This document shows positions 57,733 through 64,000 of a stretch of 64,000 bases of DNA, piece by piece. The translations under genes were made by a program, and so were the position numbers. Source of the DNA: an uncultured Acidobacteriota bacterium (GTDB taxonomy: Bacteria; Acidobacteriota; Terriglobia; Acidiferrales; UBA7541). The notes below the pieces were generated by a model. That model did no database searches, was not told the origin of the DNA, and was given only the letters and a program-made list of their open reading frames with translations. The stretch lies in assembly GCA_963720655.1 (NCBI GenBank), contig CAVRFZ010000025.1, positions 24,444 to 88,443 of the forward strand, given 5' to 3'. Numbering within the stretch: the first letter of the stretch is position 1; each line of letters opens with the position of its first letter.

Positions 57733-58758
57733 CCGACAATCGCAGCCGGATCATCTCCGGTAAAGCGCTCGAGGAAGACGCGCGCATTGACGCAACCGTG
57801 CGTCCGCAGAAAATCGAGGACTTCATCGGCCAGTCGCGCGTAAAAGAAAATCTGAAAATCGCCGTGGACGCCGCGCGCAATCGCGGCGACGCGCTCGATC
57901 ACGTCCTGCTCTACGGCCCGCCCGGCCTGGGCAAGACCACGCTCGCGCAAATTCTCGCCAATGAAATGGGCTCAGCCATCAAAATCAGCTCCGGCCCGCT
58001 GCTGGAAAAAAAGGGCGACCTCACCGCCGTGCTCACATCGCTCGACGCGCGCGATTTTTTCTTTCTCGACGAAATTCACCGCCTGCAGCCGGCGCTCGAA
58101 GAAATTCTCTATCCCGCGATGGAGGATTTCCGCATTGACCTGATCATCGGCCAGGGCCCCGGCGCGCGCGTTCATCCGTATCAGCTGAACCGCTTCACGC
58201 TGATCGGCGCCACCACGCGCGCGGGCCTGATCATGGCGCCGCTGCGCTCGCGTTTCGGCATCGTTCATCGCCTGGAATTTTATTCGCCGGAAGATTTGCA
58301 GCGCATCGTGCGAGCGCTCCGCAAAAATTCTCGGCATCACGATGGACCGCGAAGGCGCCGCCGAAATCGCGCGCCGCAGCCGCGGCACTCCGCGCGTCGC
58401 GAATCGTTTGCTGCGCCGCGTGCGCGATTTCGCCGAAGTGCGCGCCAAAGGCCACATCACGCTCGGCGTTGCGCGCGACGCGCTAGCAATGCTCGGCGTC
58501 GACGAGCACGGCCTCGACGAAGTGGACCGGAACCTGATGCTGACTATTATTCAGAAATATTCAGGCGGCCCCGTCGGCCTGAATACGATTGCCGCGTCGC
58601 TCAGCGAGGAAGAAGACGCCATCGAAGAAATCTACGAGCCTTACTTGATGCAACTCGGGCTGCTTGACCGCACGCCGCGCGGCCGCGTGGCGACGGCGCT
58701 GGCTTACAAGCATTTCGGCTTTGATGAGCCGCGCCGCCAGCCTGCGCTTTTCAGCTAG
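57729..58758 (+). pseudogene. ruvB: Holliday junction DNA helicase RuvB with an apparent 1-nt insertion near 58314
   Basis: [31 protein letters not shown], ...QRIVR, then the +1 frame reads [42 protein letters not shown]. Most likely a sequencing or assembly error. Confidence 0.9.
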
Positions 58759-58920
58759 CCGTCCAACTGGCATTTGCGCCAGTCCCCCCTTTTACCGCCG
58801 ATTAGAATTTCGTCAAATTGCTGATTCGTGGCGGTTTGCCGTGAATTTTAATCGCGGTACCGTGTATTAAAACTCGCGGTCGGTAACCCCAAGTGGCGCG
58901 GCCTTGCTCATCGCGCGTTC

Positions 58921-58944
58921 GGGCACGGCATGCCGTGACCCCAC
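58921..58944 (-). repeat. REP-like element, inverted copy (minus strand GTGGGGTCACGGCATGCCGTGCCC)
   Basis: It has the same GCACGGCATGCCGTG core as 53417-53440, in the ruvB / LssY-like spacer. Confidence 0.55.
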
Positions 58945-59134
58945 GGAATACAGCACTGCTTCTTTAGATGCGTGGCTAGCTTAGCCGGTAGCTTCGTGGC
59001 GAGAAATCTCTGCCTCGTGCTTGGGTGTTGCCAATTTCCACAAGGTAGACCTGCAAAGTCGATGGCATCCACTTGGAGGTGTGGCAACATCGAAGTACCG
59101 GTACGAAGAAAACTGCTCGGGGTGTGGTGTCGGC

Positions 59135-60692
59135 GTGAGAGCGAAGAGAAGCTGGAAGCAGAGAGTTGGGGATTGGCGACCGATCATTCTGGCTGCGGTC
59201 GCAGCGTTTCCTGCTGCTGCGGGAGCGGGCGCGTGCGATCAGATACCGGCGGGGCAGACGTTTGAGAGTCAGGCTATTGCAGCCGCTCGCTTCGTACAGC
59301 TCGAAGCCTAATACGAGCGTTCGGGCTCTTCTGGTTGAATCTCCGCAGTGCGATGGGTCAGCCGTTTTTCCGATTGGCACGATCGTCGAAGGATATATCC
59401 AGTCCGTTCATCGTGTGGGCATGGGAATCCGCCATGAGACTGCTGCGCTTCACGTGGTATTCAACCGGTTTTCCAACGGCAACGGTGAATCGTCGGAAAT
59501 GCAGTCACAAGTGGTGGACGTGGACAACGCCCGCGAGAACGTGAAGAAGGGCGTGATTCAAGGCGTGCTGGGAACGCAAACTCCGCAGGGACGCATCACC
59601 AGCCGGCTGAAATATCTTCCGACGATCAATCCCTATTCTGATTGGTTTCTGCTCGCTTATCGGGCAACTTTCCCAATTTTCCCCGAGCCGGAGATTTATT
59701 TTCCTGCGGGAACGGACATGCGCCTGGAATTAACGTCTTCGATGCCTGTGATCAACCGGCCGCCGGCGGAATCAATGGTGAGCGAGTTCGACCAGTCAGA
59801 AAAGGACGAGCTGAGCATGATGGTGCAGTCGCTTCCCGAGCGTACGTTCACGAGAAAAGGCCAAGAAGCGGACGCAATCAATCTTGTTTTTCTGGGATCT
59901 CGAGAGCAGGTGGAAAATTCTTTCGCGGCGGCGGGCTGGCGAGGCAGCGATGCGTCATCGAAGCGCGCGTCGTTTCGGCAGTTTCACGCGTTTTTGGCGC
60001 TGAAGAACTATCCTACCGAACCGATGTCGCAGCAATTCTTCGAGGGGCGCGCGACGGACATGACGCGGCAGAAAAGCCTGAACAGCTATGCGAAGCGAGA
60101 TCATTCGCGGGTGTGGAGCACGGGCGAACGATGGGATGGGCAGCCGGCGTGGGTGGCGGCGGGAACGCGGGATACGGACGCGGTGCTCTCCCTTCGCCAG
60201 AAAAAACTAATTCATCGTGTGGAAGCAAATATTGATGAGGAACGCGACAAGATCGTGCGGGACCTCTCCGTGGCCGGCTGTGTGGATGCGGTTTTCGTAG
60301 CTGCGCGGCCGGGAGCTTCGCGAGCCCTTGAAAATGCCACGAGAGATGACATGCACACCGATGGCGGCGTGAGTGTGGTGAAGCTGAAAAACTGCGAACG
60401 GCCGGATTTTGCGCAGGCAGAGACCGAGACAAATTTGCAGGCGCGGCCGCGGTCGAAATTTGCGCGTTATTTTCGGATGCAGGTGCTTTCGTTCCGCGGC
60501 GACGTGCTGCGCGGCAATATTATTTACGGAGTTTTTGACCTTAGCCGGATGAGCATTCGCGCCTTACGGAGCGACCGCGCGCGCAACGCGGAAGCTCGAG
60601 AATATGCGCGTTCGCTGCGGGCTCCTGCGAGCGCTCCTCCTGAAACCTCGCACGCGCCGGCCTCCCTGGCCCTGACTTCCTCGACCGATTAA
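59135..60692 (+). pseudogene. LssY-C-terminal-domain-like secreted protein with a possible 1-nt insertion near 59267
   Basis: The ORF from 59166 has DAINLVFLGSREQVENSFAAAGW...RDHSRVW, an LssY_C-like pattern. The upstream frame encodes a signal-like WRPIILAAVAAFPAAAGAGA...IPAGQTFE that joins onto VRLLQPLASYSS. The N-terminal reconstruction is inference. Confidence 0.55.
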
Positions 60693-60785
60693 ACTTGGCT
60701 TTGTTGACAAGCGACGGCAAGCCACCCTTCGGCTCCGCCAGGACAGGTTGCGCTCTGAATAGTTACGTCTCGCGGCGAACGGTTT

Positions 60786-61193
60786 TCAGATCTTCTTTCG
60801 GTCTTCACGACCGTCAACGGAGAGCGCGCCTGCTGACAGGCCGCCGACGGCAATTCCGCCCGCAGCCAGGCCGCCCATTGCGATCGCGCCCAGCGCCAAG
60901 CCGCCCATCGCGATTAAACCAACCGAGATTCCACCTAGTGCGACAACTCCCATTGCTTTGCCGCCGAGGGCCAGGATGCCGCGAGCGCTACCGCCGAGAG
61001 CGATGTATCCGCGAGCGGAGCCGCCCATCGCGAGCCAGCCGCGCGCTTCGTCACCAATGGCGATGATGCCGTGGGCTTTGCCGTGAGGTTCGTCGAGATC
61101 CGGATCGGGGCCGAGGGCGACATCGACGAGCGGCAATCCGGCGAAGGTTCGTTTTGAGCGGCTTCGAATTGTTTTTTGCGAGTGGTTTTTCAT
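60786..61193 (-). CDS. decapeptide-repeat protein (8 tandem units, consensus x-I-A-[LM]-G-G-x-A-x-G)
   Basis: IIAIGDEARG WLAMGGSARG YIALGGSARG ILALGGKAMG VVALGGISVG LIAMGGLALG AIAMGGLAAG GIAVGGLSAG after a basic 40-aa N-terminus. Confidence 0.55.
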   Translation of the reverse strand: MKNHSQKTIRSRSKRTFAGLPLVDVALGPDPDLDEPHGKAHGIIAIGDEARGWLAMGGSARGYIALGGSARGILALGGKAMGVVALGGISVGLIAMGGLALGAIAMGGLAAGGIAVGGLSAGALSVDGREDRKKI

Positions 61194-61316
61194 ATATTTT
61201 CTGTCACTTTGAGGCTACGTTGGCGGACGGAGGGTGTCAACGGTTCCCCCCGAGCGCGCAGGACCGCCAGTCCACTTTGGCTCTACCTGCATTTTTAATG
61301 GCAGCTACCATCCGCT

Positions 61317-61829
61317 ATGCGCGACATCCACATTCGTTCTGCTGTTCGGAGCGACCTTCCGCGGCTCACCGAGATTTACAACCACTACGTAATCCATACG
61401 CCGATTACATTTGATCTCGCGCCGCATACGGTGGAGGCGCGCGTGCCTTGGTTCGAGCAGTTTGCCGCTACTGGCCGGCATCGTCTTCTGGTGGCGGAAG
61501 AAAACGGCATCGTGGTCGGTTATGCGGGCACCACGCGATTTCGCAATAAAGCGGCGTATGAGACGAGCGTTGAGACTACGGTTTATTGCAGCCATGATGC
61601 GCTTGGGCGCGGCATTGGGAGCCGTCTTTACGCCGCGCTTTTTGAAGCGATCGCCGGGGAAGATATTCACCGGATCATCGGCGGCTACACACTGCCTAAT
61701 GCGGCCACGCTTGCGTTGCATGAGCGATTCGGATTCAAGCAGGTTGCGGTGTTCAGCGAGGCAGGGCGAAAATTTGGGCGCTACTGGGATGTGGGATTTT
61801 CCGAGCGGCCGCTGCGATTACTGACCTAG
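61317..61829 (+). CDS. GNAT-family N-acetyltransferase (phosphinothricin acetyltransferase-like)
   Basis: IR.A...D...I..IYN.YV...T.TF, and an acetyl-CoA motif GRGIGSRLYAALF, matching PAT-like length and pattern. Confidence 0.8.
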   Translation: MRDIHIRSAVRSDLPRLTEIYNHYVIHTPITFDLAPHTVEARVPWFEQFAATGRHRLLVAEENGIVVGYAGTTRFRNKAAYETSVETTVYCSHDALGRGIGSRLYAALFEAIAGEDIHRIIGGYTLPNAATLALHERFGFKQVAVFSEAGRKFGRYWDVGFSERPLRLLT

Positions 61830-61944
61830 CGCTATTCCTCGAACAAGTTGTGCCGATAAATGGATACGAGTGTTTGCGCGTGGCGGTTTCCGCGAAATTT
61901 AGAGTGTACCGTCTTGAGACATCGTTCCTTCCGGGAAGAGAAGC

Positions 61945-62478
61945 GTGGAAATGAAAAGTCTTCCTGAAAAAACGGCGAGCGCCAGATGCAGTTTGGCGTC
62001 CAAAGAGCGGAGGCACCACGATCGGCTTGCATTCACGGCATCCGTCGTTGCGATCGAACCAGTTTCTGGCACGCGAATCGACGCGCGAACTACGGACGTC
62101 TGCCCGGGCGGATGCTACGTAGATTCGATGAGCCCGTTTCCAGCCGGAACCGTCTTGCAGCTGCGGCTAACGAAAGATGGAAAGTCATTTCATTCCAGTG
62201 CGCGAGTGGTGTCGTCGGATGCGGGCGTTGGAATGGGCGTCAGCTTTTCATCTCCTGCTCCCGATCAGGGGGAGCTTTTAGAAAGCTGGCTCGCGGGATC
62301 GGTGCGCTGCGAATCCGCGTCATCGAAGGAGTTGCAGCCGGACGAGCAGGGCACGGAAGGCTGCCTGCTCAAAGAGGACCAGGGCTACGTCTTGAACGAA
62401 TTGCTGATCAAGCTGATGCGCAAAGGCGTGCTCAGTGAAGAAGAAGGTGAAGATATGTTGCGGAAGCTTCACCATTAG
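61945..62478 (+). CDS. PilZ-domain protein
   Basis: ERRHHDR (RxxxR) and DVCPGGCYV (D.S..G-like) motifs. GTG at 61945 or ATG at 61951. Confidence 0.7.
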   Translation: MEMKSLPEKTASARCSLASKERRHHDRLAFTASVVAIEPVSGTRIDARTTDVCPGGCYVDSMSPFPAGTVLQLRLTKDGKSFHSSARVVSSDAGVGMGVSFSSPAPDQGELLESWLAGSVRCESASSKELQPDEQGTEGCLLKEDQGYVLNELLIKLMRKGVLSEEEGEDMLRKLHH

Positions 62479-62561
62479 CCCAGCCGATTGGTTTTAATCC
62501 TCTCTGTTTTCCTGGTTCTGCTCTGTTCCGCCAAACACAGTGGCTCGAGATCCATTGGTGA

Positions 62562-64000
62562 TTATTCGCAGCGCAGGGAGACCATGGGGTCGATGCGGGC
62601 GGCGCGGCGGGCTGGGATGTAACTGGCGAGAAGCGCAATCAGGGTGAGAAGCGCGGCGATTGCGACGAACGTCAGCGGGTCTGTGGAACGCACGCCGAAA
62701 AGCAGGCTGCGCATCAGGCGGGTGAGCGCGAAGGCGCCAGCGAGGCCGATGGCTACGCCCGTTAGCGCGAGAATCATTCCCTGGCGGACGATGAGATTGA
62801 GAATGTTCTTCTGCGTTGCGCCCAGCGCGAGGCGGATTCCGATTTCGCGCGTGCCTTGATTCACCATGTAGGCCATCACACCGTAGATGCCGATCGTCGC
62901 GAGCGCCAGTGCGAGAGCGGCAAAAAGCCCCAACATCACCATTGAGAAGCGGCGGCGGGCCAGGGATTCCTGGACGCGGTCGTCCATCGTGCGCACGTTG
63001 TAGATGGGAAGATCGGGGTCGAGCTCGCGAATTTCTTTTTTTATGGCGGAGGTGAGGGCGGCGGGCGCGACGTTGCTTCGCAGGACGACGTTCATCGCGG
63101 GCGTGGTGTACTGCGAATGCGGAAAATAGAAAGCGATGCGCGAATCGGAATCGAGCGCGTCCTGCTTCACGCGGCCAACCACGCCGACGATCGTGATCCA
63201 CGGCTCTTTGGAATCGAGGCCGCCCGTGCGGATTCGTTTGCCGAGGGGATCTTCGTGCGGCCAATACTGCTGGGCGAAATATTCGTCGATGATCGCGACT
63301 TTCTGCGTGGTAGGCGTGTCGAGGTCATTGAAGAATCGGCCCTGGCGCAACGGGATTTGCATCGCTTCGAAATAGTGGCCGCTGACGATGCGTTCATCGG
63401 CATTGATGAAATTTTCGCCGGGGGGCGGCGTGCGTCCTTCGATGGTGATGGGACCCCAGGCAAACATTTCGCTGAGCGGAAGCGACGTGACGGCGCCTGC
63501 GGCTGAGACGCCGGGGATGCGTTCGAGGCGATCATTGAGCTGGCGATAGGTGGCGAGGACGGTGGGACGATCTTTGTAGCGCAGGCCGTTGGTGGTGAGT
63601 TCTAGCGTGAGGACGTTGTGCGGATTGAAGCCGGGCGCGACGTTTTCAAGACTTGCGAAGCTGCGAATCAGCAGGCCGGCGCCAATCAGCAGCACCACCG
63701 AAAGCGCGAGTTCGGAGACAACGAGGAGACGGCGGAGATTGTTGCCGCGTCCCCAGACGGCGCCCGTGCCGGCTGAGCCGCGCGTGCCGTCGCTCAGTAT
63801 GGCGTGCATATCGAGGCGCGCGATGCGCAGAGCTGGAGCGAGGCCGAAGAGAATTCCGGAAAGAACGGAGAGCGATAGCGTGAAGAGCAGGGCCTGGCGG
63901 TCGACGCCGATGTCGCTCAAGCGCGGGACGCTTTTCGGGCCGAGCACGTGAATCCAGTGGACACTGAGAATCGCGAAGATAATTCCCAGCGCGCCACCGC
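62562..64000 (-). CDS. FtsX/MacB-type ABC transporter permease, ADOP-like (5' end outside window)
   Basis: The frame is open to the window end (..[17 protein letters not shown]..). A large periplasmic loop is followed by a C-terminal FtsX 3-TM block ([22 protein letters not shown]...[11 protein letters not shown]). Confidence 0.85.
   Translation of the reverse strand, partial: GGALGIIFAILSVHWIHVLGPKSVPRLSDIGVDRQALLFTLSLSVLSGILFGLAPALRIARLDMHAILSDGTRGSAGTGAVWGRGNNLRRLLVVSELALSVVLLIGAGLLIRSFASLENVAPGFNPHNVLTLELTTNGLRYKDRPTVLATYRQLNDRLERIPGVSAAGAVTSLPLSEMFAWGPITIEGRTPPPGENFINADERIVSGHYFEAMQIPLRQGRFFNDLDTPTTQKVAIIDEYFAQQYWPHEDPLGKRIRTGGLDSKEPWITIVGVVGRVKQDALDSDSRIAFYFPHSQYTTPAMNVVLRSNVAPAALTSAIKKEIRELDPDLPIYNVRTMDDRVQESLARRRFSMVMLGLFAALALALATIGIYGVMAYMVNQGTREIGIRLALGATQKNILNLIVRQGMILALTGVAIGLAGAFALTRLMRSLLFGVRSTDPLTFVAIAALLTLIALLASYIPARRAARIDPMVSLRCE

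Noticed and set aside
62494-63264. 256-aa Arg/Pro-rich minus-strand ORF
   Set aside because: It is an out-of-frame overlap with the FtsX/ADOP permease, whose frame shows clear TM and family motifs. The composition is that of an alternative frame of GC-rich coding DNA.

Overview
This is a GC-rich bacterial chromosomal window with about 60 protein genes on both strands. I recognised no rRNA, tRNA, CRISPR array, transposase or integrase. The gene content (an ADOP-type FtsX permease at the 3' edge, many sigma-54/GAF/HlyD proteins, PVM-like microcompartment shell genes) suggests an Acidobacteriota-like soil bacterium; this is inference only. All domain calls come from motifs read by eye in the supplied translations, since no HMM or BLAST search was possible.

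Gene order:
- 1-8.2 kb: SulP/STAS transporter (partial), DUF2127, MOSC, Zn-ADH, HIBADH-type dehydrogenase, erythrin-VIT1 iron transporter, secreted formamidase-family enzyme, two DUF3147 proteins, inorganic pyrophosphatase.
- 8.9-18.5 kb, the most unusual locus: a sigma-54 enhancer-binding protein, three paralogous 22-36 aa Lys-rich peptide genes, an embedded SAM methyltransferase, and a minus-strand operon with a divergent STAS protein. Two of the peptide genes have textbook -24/-12 promoters and strong terminators. The operon encodes GAFx3-TM-HlyD, a lipoprotein HlyD, and a PqqD-like(RRE)-M50 site-2-protease-HlyD triple fusion. It contains no ATPase, pump, outer-membrane factor or known RiPP tailoring enzyme.
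- 19.4-27.5 kb: phoU-pstBACS, a second phoU, phoR-phoB.
- 27.8-38.1 kb: stand-alone Clp-D2 AAA+ protein, then a TonB receptor / YfiR(DUF4154) / CHASE8-like hybrid kinase / MASE1 kinase / REC-GGDEF signalling block.
- 38.2-44.1 kb: SRPBCC, citrate synthase, STAS(MlaB-like)-mlaE-mlaF-mlaD(disrupted)-PqiC-like lipoprotein.
- 44.2-48.7 kb: a histidine kinase whose N-terminus matches the plant ETR1 ethylene-binding domain, including the Cu-ligand Cys/His, followed by a REC protein and a hybrid kinase.
- 49-53.4 kb: STAS, orphan MglA-like GTPase, TPR protein, YvcK, glutamate dehydrogenase.
- 53.5-56 kb: class II aldolase with a C-terminal amphipathic tail, one BMC-H and three BMC-P shell genes.
- 56-64 kb: ruvA, ruvB, LssY-like protein, a decapeptide-repeat protein, GNAT, PilZ, ADOP permease (partial).

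Five conserved genes show 1-nt frame disruptions, including ruvB. The assembly therefore probably contains indel errors, or the genome carries pseudogenes. REP-like palindromes with a GTAG(G) head are scattered just after stop codons.
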